This document shows positions 38,305-49,990 of a DNA stretch of 64,000 nt, in pieces. Source of the DNA: Podarcis gaigeae (lineage: Eukaryota). The stretch lies in the NCBI GenBank assembly GCA_964106915.2, contig OZ066931.1; one strand, written 5' to 3'. Every line of letters starts with the position of its first letter. Positions within the stretch are counted from its first letter, which is position 1. Under the pieces are notes generated by a model. It was given only the letters and a program-made list of their open reading frames with translations. It had not been told where the DNA came from and made no database searches. Made by a program: the position numbers and the translations under genes.

Positions 38305-40826
38305 TATCATAAAACAGAGGAGAATTTGCCTTTCAGATATATACTTTCCCCCAACAAATGTTCCCACAAACCTACAGCCAGGATCAAGATTGCTCAGCTG
38401 CCATAACCCAAAGAGGGAGCAACAAAAAATATGGTCTGAGCACTGAAAATATATCAAACACAACTGTTCAGCAATCAGTTTCACTGAAAGCCAATAACTA
38501 GTTGCAGAATCAAAGCTTTCCTTTACTAAGCTACCAGCAGGGATCTGAGCAGCCACACTACATAAACTGACAGCATGCTCTAGACACTGAGGCCACATCC
38601 AATATCAGATCAGCTACAAGTTAAGTAAGCTGACTTCCTGGAACTCCAGCTTTGGTTCCCAAGTCTTTGCCGACAGTTAATATACCCCAACCTACTCCTG
38701 AACAACAGGACCCTGGTAACCCAAGGCTTCTCAGATCATTAACACATGGTTCTCTCAAACAGCTGTCTGATGCACAAAAACTTTCTACTGTATTTCCATT
38801 TGTCTTCTTACTTACTTCCTGCTAAGACTCAAACTGCATGTCCAGATAACTACCGGTACTTGTGAGAAAATCAACATTACTCAGGAGTTACTCAGGTAAT
38901 TTCACAGCTGATGTAGATTTATTAGTGGACAAAATGGTCAGGGAACTCAGAAGGTGCCAAAACAAGCATTGTAGCCATGTTTGCATCATATTTTAGTGTC
39001 CTCTTTTATGGACTGGCCACAACAAAAACAACAACCAAAATACTAATACAGCAAACACTAAAACAAGATGCAGCTAAGAATAATATCCATAATTTGCAAA
39101 AGAACACTCCAGATTATCACACTTCTTTCAGATTTTTTTAGAGCGTCTGAGTTTGGGTTGATGCACATTAATTAAAAAAATATTATCTCTCTTCATCATT
39201 GAACTCTCATTGCAGGAACTAAAACTGACTTTAAGGCTGCAGTCCTATGAACATTGAACTGGGGCTTCCAAGTAAAAATGCACATGACGGCAAAAGTTCA
39301 CAAATTACAAGGACATGTGCACATGCACCAAGTTGATTGTGTGGCTGCAGAATCTCCAAGATCCTACAATTAAGCAAATACTTTGAAATCAGCTATTATT
39401 ACAGTCATTTATAGTAGAAAGCTCTCACACTTTGAAGAGCTGGCATCTACAGGATACATATAAACCTCAGACGTACTTGGCATCTCTCCGTTATAATTTT
39501 AATTAGCACAGCTACAATGGAGCTTTATTCCACTACTATACTTGAAGCCTGCACACAACTGGATTGCAGCCCTTTTAAGAACCATTCAGCCTCAAAAGGA
39601 CAACAGTAAAATAACTTACTATTCACTAATTTAAAAGCAACAGCTCTGCTGGATCAGACCAAGGATTCATCTAGTCCAGCAGTCTGTCCCCAACAGTATT
39701 CAGTCATAGGCCTGCAGGAAGCCAACAAGCAGAGCACAAAGGGAACAACACTCCCATATCATTTGGCCCCTAGCAAATGGTATTCAGTGGCTTACTGTCT
39801 ATGAACAGGGAGGTTCCATGATAGGCATACCTCTCCATGAATTCATCAAATCCCCTGGTAAAGTTATTTAAGCTGTGTTCATTGACACATCTGGCAGCAA
39901 ATTCCATTAGCTAATGGAATTTCAACTGTCAAAAGGCACTAACCAATAGTAAATATGGAAGACTGAACTTTACATAACACTGAAAAACTATCTTCCATCT
40001 TTTACTGTTGGGTTTATCGTGCCCTTTGATAGCTGGAATTTGCTAATGGAATTAGCTAATGGAGTTCCAACTATCAAAAAGACACCAACCATTAGTAAAA
40101 AATGGAAGATTATTTTTCACATAATCGAAGTTAACACTTTCAGCAACATTTAACATTTAAATACAAGTTTTTTGTTGTCATGGATTACTTATTCCTCAGT
40201 ATCATTAACATATACGTATCTGCCTCCATGACAATGTTCCATATCCATTGGCTCTTAAATTCGTACTTGCTTGTTTAAAAGTTTTACTATATATAACTTC
40301 TGTATGTCATCTTACTGCCAATTAACATCACCAGAAAAATGAAAACAAAACAAAATATGGTCCATTAGTCTCGCATAATTCTTCCTATTACCCACAAACC
40401 TTTTTCAAATTTTCAGTTCCTCTCACTGTTGATTATTGATCATCCATTTACTTCCACATCAACAAAAAAAAAAAGAATATCAAGAGCAAAGTGAACTATT
40501 GTCCGTGTTGTCTTCTATGGTGCTGCAAAATGTGAGTAAACAAAAGGAGGAAGCAGCATACAATTATACCCAAGAAACAAAGTTTCAAGTTAGCTGTGGC
40601 TAATGTGTGGCCCTCCAGAACTTGGTGAGCTACCATTCCCATAAGCGCCACCAGAAGTGTAAACGATCAAGGAAGATGGAGGTCCTTGTAGAGCAACATC
40701 AGGAGGACCACACATTAGCCACTTATTTTTTAAGGTGTCATATTGTAAATAGCTATTGTGAATTTATCAGCCCATATGCACAAATATGCCACAAAGATGC
40801 TTGAATAGATATATACTTGAATGGTC

Positions 40827-41047
40827 GGCCAGTATGGTGCATTGGTTAGGGTCAAATTAGGACCTGCGAGACCAGAGTTCAAATTCCCACTTGGCCATGA
40901 AGTTCAGTGGCTGACCTTGGGCCAGCCACAGCCTCTCAGACTAGCCTACCTCACAGGGCTATTGGGGGGATTAAATGAAGAGGGGGAGAACCACACTGAG
41001 CAACATGGAGAAAAAGGCAGAATGTAAATGTGGTCAATAATAAATAA
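40827..41047 (+). mobile_element. tRNA-derived SINE, Squam3-like (other copies near 22958-23120, 44752-44958, 14340-14490 minus)
   Basis: A and B boxes, body ctgaccttgggccag..ctacctcacaggg, (AATA)n tail. Confidence 0.7.
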
Positions 41048-42448
41048 TTCTTACTTGCCCTAGACTAGGGGAGACCTATCAGATTAGACAGAATTGCAGT
41101 TTACTAGTTTCTCAACAGCTACTCAGATTACAATCAACTTTACAGCAAAAAAGTATGAAAATGTATATTCAACCACCTTAGAATATCATCCAAGCCCTTA
41201 TCTACATCAACAATCCGGCCCTATATATTCATTCTCCCTTAGGGAACCTTTTCAACTTTACATTATTTACTGTTCTTCATGGCTACCACCCATCACAAGC
41301 CTTTCTCTGCCATCCAAAATAAGAATTCCCTGAAGCATATGCTGCAAGTCACACCAACTCTGAAATGTTCCCAATTTCAACTTCCTCTTCAAAACTCACT
41401 TCCTCACATGTCCACACCTCACTTCGGCACAACTCTGTGTGCATATTTCTCTTACCAGGTTAACACACATACAAAGTGCCCTCTGTGCACTTTTCAGGCT
41501 TCTGGTACCCACACATTACCCTCCTCGCCAGGCATATATCCCCACTGGTACTGCTGCCAGTTTTCCTCCACCATTTAATCATCGTCCACCCCACCCATAA
41601 CTTTGACGAGCATGCATCCATTTTCCTTCGGCAATACAGTGCCAAACTACATTTGTCCTCCCTCTGCGTTGCCCCCACTTCTTTCCCAACATCCTCTCCT
41701 TGCGCATAGCCACCCCTACCTGCCATTCTCCCTTCCTCTTGGTTCACCAAGCCTAGACACCGAAATGTAGCTCCCCTCTCCGGCTCCAGTCCCAAGCGCT
41801 CACTTGCCGTTAGCCCTGAAGCTTTATGTACGCCATTCCCACGTGCCCCACAACAACCCCCAACTCTGTCCGGCAATGCAAGCCTGCCCCTAAAACCCAC
41901 CCTCCCTATTCTCCCCCCAACCCCGCCAAGCCATGGGCTTCCCTGCCCTGCCAGCTGGGCCTGGCTCGCTCACATCCACTCTTCCCCTCCGTATCAAATC
42001 ACGCCCGCCATAAAGGCGCAGATCGTCCCGGGAAACGGGGCGGCATTCATTCGCCCCATAACTACTATATTCCCCCCCTTAGGGCGGGGCCAAAGCCAGG
42101 CCAGGCTCTGAGGCGCCCACAACCGCCTGGGCCTCGTTTTTTCTTTAGGCCGCAGTTCAGGCCACCTCCTGGTCCGGGACGAAAAGGGAGCCGTAACGGA
42201 CACAGGCCCCATGACAATGCAAAGCAGCTCCGGCCCGCCCTTCTCCCGCCACTGCCGGCTGCGGCTGCTACCCGAGGCCCGGCTCCGCTGCCGACTTACG
42301 AACTACCGCCACCCCTCCTAGTGCAGCGTCGGCGGCGCCATGATGATCCACCTCTCGCTCTCTCCTTGGCTCTCTTTCCTTCTCCCCATCCCCCGCCCGG
42401 TGTCGCCCAGGCCCGGCCAGCAGCAGCAGCGGCCCCGCACTCACTCAC

Positions 42449-42464
42449 CTTCATGTCGGGACAT
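42449..42464 (-). CDS. KCMF1: KCMF1 coding exon 1 (MSRHE + G, 16 nt)
   Basis: Minus strand reads ATG TCC CGA CAT GAA G|GTGAGT inside a CpG island, with an in-frame TGA 9 nt upstream. Matches the KCMF1 N-terminus; phase 1 fits exon 2. Confidence 0.95.
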
Positions 42465-42767
42465 CCTAGTTCAGAGGAGAAGGCGGCGGCAGCGGCCCGG
42501 CCCGGCCCAGCCCAGGCCCGTCCCGGGCTCCAGTTCCCTTCCCCCCCCCACTTCCCTCCCCACCCACCCACCCACCCCCGGTCTTGGCTGTCCGGCACCG
42601 GCTCCGCAGCCTGGGCCCGGGCGAGGCTCGAGGCTGGGCCTAGCCTCTCCCAAGTCACCCCCTCCGTGTGCAGGAGGCGGCTCGCTTCGGCGCGGGCGGG
42701 CGGAGGGAGGCGAATCGACTCCGGTGGCGGCGCTCGTAGTAGTAGTGATGGTGAGGCCTCTCCGGGA

Positions 42768-42771
<4 letters not shown>

Positions 42772-42801
<30 letters not shown>
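42772..42801 (+). repeat. (GGC)10 / (GCC)10 trinucleotide repeat in the KCMF1 5' region
   Basis: Perfect 30-nt run seen directly. Confidence 0.95.
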
Positions 42802-43715
42802 TGCAGTTCCTCCCTCCCCGCCTTCCCGGGAGGCAGCAAGCAGGCGGGCGGGTGCCGCCGCCGTGACACGGTGACTCTGTAAGCTCGCTCAGGGCCCCGC
42901 CAGCTCCTAGCGCCGCCCTCCCGCCCGACGACGACAGCAGCGGCAGCGGGTCTCGTCGGTCTCCCTGGTCTATTCCCCTCCCCACGTCGTCGTCGTCGTC
43001 CTACCACCACGCTCGGCGGTAACAGCGCCGCCGCTGCCTCCTTTTCCTNNNNNNNNNNNNNNNNNNNNNNNNNNNNNNNNNNNNNNNNNNNNNNNNNNNN
43101 NNNNNNNNNNNNNNNNNNNNNNNNNNNNNNNNNNNNNNNNNNNNNNNNNNNNNNNNNNNNNNNNNNNNNNNNNNNNNNNNNNNNNNNNNNNNNNNNNNNN
43201 NNNNNNNNNNNNNNNNNNNNNNNNNNNNNNNNNNNNNNNNNNNNNNNNGGCCAGAGAGGGAGGAAAGAGCCGGCCGGGCGGCTGAGGGGAGGAGGGTCTC
43301 GCCTTCCCCTCACGCACCTCAGCCCCGCTCTCGGCTCTCAGTCCTTTTCCCTCACAAAACCGCCTCCTTTTACCTCACAAAACGCGCTTTCCCTCTCTGG
43401 GCGGCTACAACAACCGTTCGTTTGAAGAAGAAAATAAAATAGGGCTTCAGCCTCGGAAGACCAGGCCCCACAGCCCTCCCCATAGATGTACAGCTTGTGC
43501 AGAAATTTGGGGGTCGGAATTCCTACATCGCTTATGGATTTGGTTTTTTTACTAAGACTCCGGTCCAAACTCCAAGCGCTGGTTTGTTCCCCGCCCTTGC
43601 AACTTTGGGGGTCCCAGTAGCACACACTGGGCTACCACGTTAATTCACATGTCAGGAAGGCATCGTTTGAAGACAGTAGGGTTTGTTTCCGAGTAAACTC
43701 GGGAGGCTCGGCTTG

Positions 43716-44420
43716 GAATCAGAATGGTTGGAAGGGGAACCTGAGGGTCATCTAGTTCAACCCGCCTGCAATGCAGGGATGTCTTAGGCGTGGCCGATGG
43801 CCATCTAACTTCTGCTTAAAAACCTCCAAGGAAAGAGAGTCTTGCCACCTCTTTTGGGAGTCTGTTCCACTATTGAACAGCTCTTCCTGGTGTTTAGCAG
43901 GAATCTCCTTTTTCTGGTAGCTTGAATCCATTGGTTCATGTCCTAGCCTCCAGAGCATGAGAAAAAAAGCATGCACCATCTTCCATGTGACAAATCCTTG
44001 AGATATTTGAAAATTGCTATCCTATCTCCTCTCAGTCTCCTCTTATCCAGGCTAAACATACCCAACTCCCTCAACCATTCCTCGGTAAGGCTTGGTTGAT
44101 CATCTTGGTCACCCTCATCTGCACATGTTCCATCTTGTCAATATCCTGCTTAAATTGTGGTGCTCAGAACTGGACACGGTAATCCAGGCGTGGTCTGACC
44201 AAGGCAGAATAGTTTAGTGCTATGACTTCCTTTGATCTGGACTCTAAACTTCTTGATAATGCAGCCTAAAACAGCATTAGCTTGTTTTGCTGCTGCATCA
44301 CACTGTGGATTCAGGCAAAGCTTGTGGTCTACTAAGACCCCTTTTCACATATGTACTACTGGCAATCCAGGTGTCTCTCATCTTATATTTGTGCAGTTGG
44401 TTCTTCCTGCCTAAGTGCAG
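43716..44420 (-). mobile_element. CR1 LINE 3' fragment
   Basis: Minus-strand translation includes SLSLEVFKQKLDGH; the CR1 3' UTR is at the left end. Confidence 0.8.
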
Positions 44421-45089
44421 AACCTCTCCAATCTGTTAAGGTCACACTGAATCCCAATTCTGTCTTCTGTGACATTGGCTGCTACCCCCTGTTTGCTAAT
44501 TTCCCCTCTCACACTGTTACTCTTGATCAGTTTTCTGCCCTGGCTGTGGGTAATTGTGTGGGTTTTTTAAACCAAAGAGACCCCTTCCCCTCCAAAAAAA
44601 CATTTATGTCTCGAAATCCACTAGAATTTCAAACTCGGAGTCGGAGACATATTTACACTTGTGAATCCTTCTCTTAATCCATTTTCTTGTTTACAGGTAA
44701 AAGTAGTGTAGTGGGTCCTCACATATATATTCACACTGTGGAAGAGTGAAGCAGCTAGAGGGTTGGACTAGGACCTGGGAGACAAGGGTTCAAGCTGGCA
44801 TAAAGCTCTGTAGATTATCTTGGGACAGTCATAGACTCAACCTAACCTACCTCACAGGTTCGTTATGAGGATAAAATGGGGCAGAGGAGAAGTCTGTATG
44901 CCACCGTACGTTCTTTGGGGGACAGATGGAATATAAATGTAATATTAAATAAAATAAACACTTTCGGTATGGTCTCAAAGGGTCTGTAACAGCATGTGTG
45001 ATTTTGAGCCTTTATTCCATAGAGGGATCATAGTCAGTTAAATTATTCAAGCATTTCACTTCAACTAATTTATGTAGATTCCAACTTGC

Positions 45090-46035
45090 TGGCTCACCCT
45101 GTTCATCACCCTCATCTTCTTTTGTTCATAATTTTATCTGCTCCTCTAACACTTCATTAGTCAATGTTACTCTTTGTCAATTAATTCTTCAATTTCTTCC
45201 TCAAGGGTATCAGTGAAGCCATCACCAATCCCTTGCCTGGCCATCTGAACAATTCATTCCACTTCATTGTCAATAGTAGGGAATTCCTTAAAATCGTTCA
45301 CACATTCTTTCCATAAGGCCACCATGCATCGACTGATTCAGTCTTGATTGCATCTATAGCCTGCTTAATATATGTGATGCAATTGGTAATGTTAAAGGAC
45401 TTCCAACACTCAATCGCATTAAGACTGGGATCAGCATCCCTAATGTTATGGGCCCATGAGGATGTAAGCCTATGTAAGTTGCCTTGAAACAGCAAATAAA
45501 ACCTTGGTCATCAGGTTGTATGATGGAGGTGATATGGGGGGCGGGGGAGAGAAAGACAACTTCAACACGACAACAGTGATATCTCAGTTTAAGAACAGTC
45601 CGGTTTACGAACTCTGCAAAACTGGAAGGAGTGTCCCGGTTTGTGAACTTTACCTTGGTCTAAGAACAGAATCCGAACAGTGTAAGGACACCGGTGGTGG
45701 GAGGCCTTATTAGGGAAAGCGTACCTCAGTTTAAGAACGGTTTTGGTTTAAGAACAGACTTCTGGAACGGAATAAGTTAGTAAACCAAGATACAACTGTA
45801 TATGCAAAGTGGAATGACCAGGAGCATTGTCTACAAACAGCAATGGTCAAGTTCTTTCTCCATAAGGTACCACTTAACCTCCAGGACAAAGTAGTTGCGG
45901 AACCAACGCAGATCGACATGCCATCTCTCAGTAAGTCCAGCACAGCAAGTTTTTCCTCCAGCGTTGAAACTTATTGCTGGCTCTTCAGCTGCACACCAAT
46001 ACAGATACGTGGCTTGCGTTTCGGGGCAATGTTGC
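45090..46035 (-). pseudogene. Degenerate Tigger/TIGD1-like transposase with a large internal deletion
   Basis: N-terminal (I)APKRKP...LKSQQ*VSTLEEKLAVLDLLRDGMS (psq/CENP-B-type HTH start) near 46030-45915. C-terminal ECWKSFNITNCITYIKQAIDAIKTESVDAWW...NDFKEFPTID near 45420-45270. Contains stops and frameshifts. Confidence 0.7.
45574..45798. mobile_element. Tigger-type MITE lying inside the transposase remnant
   Basis: CAGTGATATCTCAGTTTA ... TAAACCAAGATACAACTG + TA. Confidence 0.7.
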
Positions 46036-46787
46036 ACTGTTCTTTAATCACTAACCATGCTCAGTGAGGGGACCACACTTATTCTGAGGCTGTTTGATGA
46101 GTGGAAGGGCAGGTGGGATTTCCTGTGCTTTTTTTCCTGATCGCTCACCCCTTTTTTTCTGGCCGAGCACATATGGTTGAATTTGCATGAGGTGAACACG
46201 TGTAATATGTGGTTGTATTGTATTATCGTTTGTGCCCATTTGCAACAAATTGGGACTTCAGAAAATGTACTGGAAGTGCAAGTAAATCCAGAAGAACAGG
46301 ATTCGCACCATTTATTAATTTTGTTCTGGTCCAAATCTGACCAACTGCAAGATGCTGACTTCTCGAACAACTGCCAATATAGCAGCAAAAAAACTGTGGA
46401 GAAACCTATGGCAGAATTTTCTGGCAGGCCATTTTATGGGATGGGTTTTAAAGTGTCGGCCCCCTCACTCAATTCTCAAAATGGTCCTTCATAATAACAA
46501 CTTTGTGACAAAAGGCATGTTTAATCAAAGTAGTATGTTGAATTTATTCAATTGCCAGTGTACATTTGGGGGGGAATTGAAATAATTACAATGGTGCAAA
46601 CTTTGCTGTGCTGTTGCTGCTATATTATTTGAAAGACCACAAAGGGAGGATAAAATATAGCTAACTGGTATAAAGCCAAAACCAGGATATGAGAAATCCA
46701 CAATTCACATCTCACTCCAGCCATGAACTACTGAGACAACGTATATGAAGTACTTCAAATTCTAAAGTCCTATATAAATGCTATGTA

Positions 46788-46962
46788 CAGTTGTACCTTG
46801 GTTTTCGAACAGCTTAGTTCTCTAACGTTTTGGCTCAGCAAACCTGGAAGTGAGTGTTCCAGTTTGCGAACTATTTTTGGAAGCCAAGCTTTGGTTTCCA
46901 AACATTTTGGAAGTCGAATGGACTTCCAGAATGGATTCCGTCCGACTTCCAAGGTACGACTG
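46788..46962. mobile_element. Tigger-type MITE
   Basis: TA + CAGTTGTACCTTGG ... CCAAGGTACGACTG + TA. Confidence 0.85.
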
Positions 46963-47719
46963 TATTGATATTTTTGCCATAGCAATCTCCATTTTTGTAT
47001 TGCCCCATTTTTTAATTTGCCATTTTTATGTGAGCGCTATAGAACACAAACTATTAAGGTAATATCAATCCTACATAAACAAAGATTTTATGTAACATTA
47101 ATGTGGGGGGCGGGGAGAGGCAACAATGATACAGTACTTGTTTTAATAGCGGACATCAACTGCTGAAAATGAATAGGTAGGGTTTTTTTTTTTTTTTAAA
47201 AAAAAGCTTATATATTTACACATGACCAGAGGCGTATTTAGGCTCCCTTGGGCCCTTGGCAAGGAGATGTTGGCCACCCAACGCGGCAAAGCAGTCCACG
47301 GAGTGCTTGGATGGGCGGGTGGGCTCCTAGTCACTCTGAACCAGAGTGAGAGGCACCATTTTTGCAACCCCCTGGGGCCTGTGCCTTTGGTAGGAACCTA
47401 ACCAATCCCTAGGTATATCTTTGCACCCGAGGGCACCCACCACCTTCCATTCCCCCCATCCTACTTGGAGGCTGCTGGTGTCACTGTACGTCTGTGGCTG
47501 CCCATGTCACGAACGTCTTGGGAGGCCCTTCAAGGGCTGAGGCACAAGGCATATTTTGATTTATTTATAAATAATTCAAAGATGCTAAATTTCCATATTT
47601 TTAGCACCACGATTTGATTCCTGATTACCCCAAACCTTTCATCAACCCCACTCATTTTTCTTCATACCTCTAAAGACCTATTGCCCATTTCCCATATCCT
47701 TTCCAACGCCTATCTCTTT

Positions 47720-47980
47720 TTCTAGTGGGGTAGCTGTGTGTTAGTGTCTTGCAATAAAAACCAGAGAAAGACTTACGGTGTCTTAGAGCTAACAAATTTA
47801 TTATAGCAGTGCATAAACTTTTGTGGACTACTGTATTATGCATACTGTATGCATGCACACGAAAGCTCATACCAATAACAAACTTAGTTGGTCTCTAAGG
47901 TGCTACCGGAAGGAATTTTTTTATTTTGTTTCAGCCACAATAAGAGTTAGTCATTAAGATGCCACAGTACTTGTTGTTCC
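47720..47980. mobile_element. Penelope-like element terminal-repeat remnants in inverted arrangement
   Basis: cacgaaagctcatacc..ttagttggtctctaaggtgctac on the plus strand and a related gtagtccacaaaagtttatgc..aataaatttgttag on the minus strand; family from recall. Confidence 0.55.
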
Positions 47981-48845
47981 TTTCCTGCATTTCACTGCCT
48001 ACTTTTTCCCCCCAGTGATTTTCTACCCTAACTAAATTATGACACTCTTCTCTCAGGGCATTTTTTGATCTGGTCCTCTTGGAAGCAACAAAAAAAATGT
48101 GGCCATCTTTGCTAGTGGCAGCCTGGCCTCAAAGAAAGAATATAAGAAATTGGCCAGCCATTTTTACGAAGGGCAGCTTTATGGCTCCGTTGCCATGGCT
48201 CTTTGGGAAGACAAAAGATATGAGTATTAGAAGCCGAAAGTACTCTCAAATTCCACATGCTGGAGTGAAACATTCTTATGCCCCATGGTTTCATTAACTT
48301 AAGTGGCAAGATGCTTCCGTTAGGATGTTTGGAAGATAGATTGCACAGAAATATCCAGCTCTAGGATATTATTAAGATTAAATGGAGGGGAAGCCCCATG
48401 CACACTTGAGATAATCCCAGCAAAGGAAAATGTTGATTTTGCCCCAGAAAGAGAATCACGGTTTGCAAATTCATATTGGATTTGAGGTGGAATAATCCAG
48501 AATTGTTCTTGGTTTAGCTTCTGTGATCTTCAGACGAACAGTGGTATATAAATGTAAGAAATAGTAATAGCTTCATACAATGAAAATAACTATATGGTCT
48601 GTGATGAATAGAAGCACTCTAGGGAATGGAATATTAATATTTAGCATTTTTATCATTCTTTAGTGTCCCGTCATGATGTTTAGAACTCTGCAAATTAAAT
48701 CAGTAATATCATCTCCATATTGTAAATGGAATATTGAGGCTAAAAGATATTGCCTTGCCTAAGGCATTTTTTTAAAAAAATGTGACCCGATTATCGAAGA
48801 GAACACACAAGCTTTGTAAACAATGGCTCAGGTCTTTACCGAGTA

Positions 48846-49066
48846 CAGTTAAACCTGGGTTGTCAAACGTAATCTGTTCCGGAAGCCCGTTCAGCTTCCA
48901 AAATGTTAGACAAACGAGGAGCGGCTTCCAATTGGTTGCTAGAGCTTCCTGCACTCAAGCGGAAGCCACGTCAGATGTTTGGCTTCCGAAAAACGTTCAA
49001 AGGTTTTCAGCGTTTGGGAGCTGAAATGTTCAAAAATGGAGCCATTCAGGAGCTGAGGTTTGACTG
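48846..49066. mobile_element. Tigger-type MITE
   Basis: TA + CAGTTAAACCT ... AGGTTTGACTG. Confidence 0.75.
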
Positions 49067-49229
49067 TGCTGTACTATATAGAGTGGGTTTGCTGCAAGGC
49101 TGGCTGCCAAGGTGGCAAGATCAGGCATTTTCCCTGCACTGCAAAACTAGCAGTGAGTTCACAACAGCATCGCCATTCCCACTTTGTATGGGACACCATT
49201 TCTTTCTTTCTTTTTAAAGAAAATCCAAA

Positions 49230-49564
49230 TCTCAAAACACACATCAAGTCCTTGTACAAGTTCCATATCTTTTAATACAAATTATTGATGGCATTAGTTG
49301 GATACAATGAAAACACACGTCAGTGTTGCATAGCTGCTCAGATATACAACTTCATTCCTTCAAGTAACTAAAATTGTTACTCCATAAATCCACTGTAAAC
49401 GAGGACTCTGCAATCCAACTCAAATACTTTCAGAATCTTACATGCGCTTGCTTTATTGAGAACAGGGGCCACTCTGTGGAGGCCAAGACTGGGAACCAAT
49501 TTAGGGTATTAAAATCACTAGTACAGCATTATTCACATAAAATGAAGAAAACAATTCCTTTATT
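49230..49564 (-). terminator. FNTA: Candidate FNTA polyadenylation signals
   Basis: AATAAA (minus strand) at 49564-49559 and 49457-49452. ATTAAA at 49276-49271 is followed by a GU-rich tract (TGATGTGTGTTTTG). Confidence 0.55.
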
Positions 49565-49858
49565 TGGTACAATTCAAGTAATTGCTAAGTGTTTTTTTAA
49601 ATGCACAGTGCTTTGGACCACCCCCACAGTTAATCTGTACAGCAGCAGTAACTAGGGGTCAGTATGTTATGGAGAGTGCCTTACACTCCTGGTGAGATTA
49701 GAAGAAATACCTCTGTAGTAATGTAGAGTTGCAACATATTTTGGGAAGGGGTGGAGAACATCACTCTGTTTAATTGCCTGCCTAGCTATCTCCACTCTTA
49801 AAGTTCTTGTAGTTCACCCAGAGCCGAATGTCATATTCTTTCCTGCTTTAACATGGAG

Positions 49859-49990
<132 letters not shown>

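Larger units (their letters stand above)
41990..43460 (-). promoter_or_regulatory. KCMF1: CpG island: KCMF1 promoter, 5' UTR and start of intron 1
   Basis: Very high GC and CpG density around exon 1, with GC boxes. A 200-N gap (43049-43248) may hide the transcription start. Confidence 0.9.

Noticed and set aside
41826-43313. Long ORFs of 346, 180 and 280 aa across the KCMF1 CpG island
   Set aside because: Low-complexity Pro/Arg/Gly/Ala translations expected from stop-poor GC-rich DNA, with no recognisable domain; the 280-aa ORF spans an N gap.
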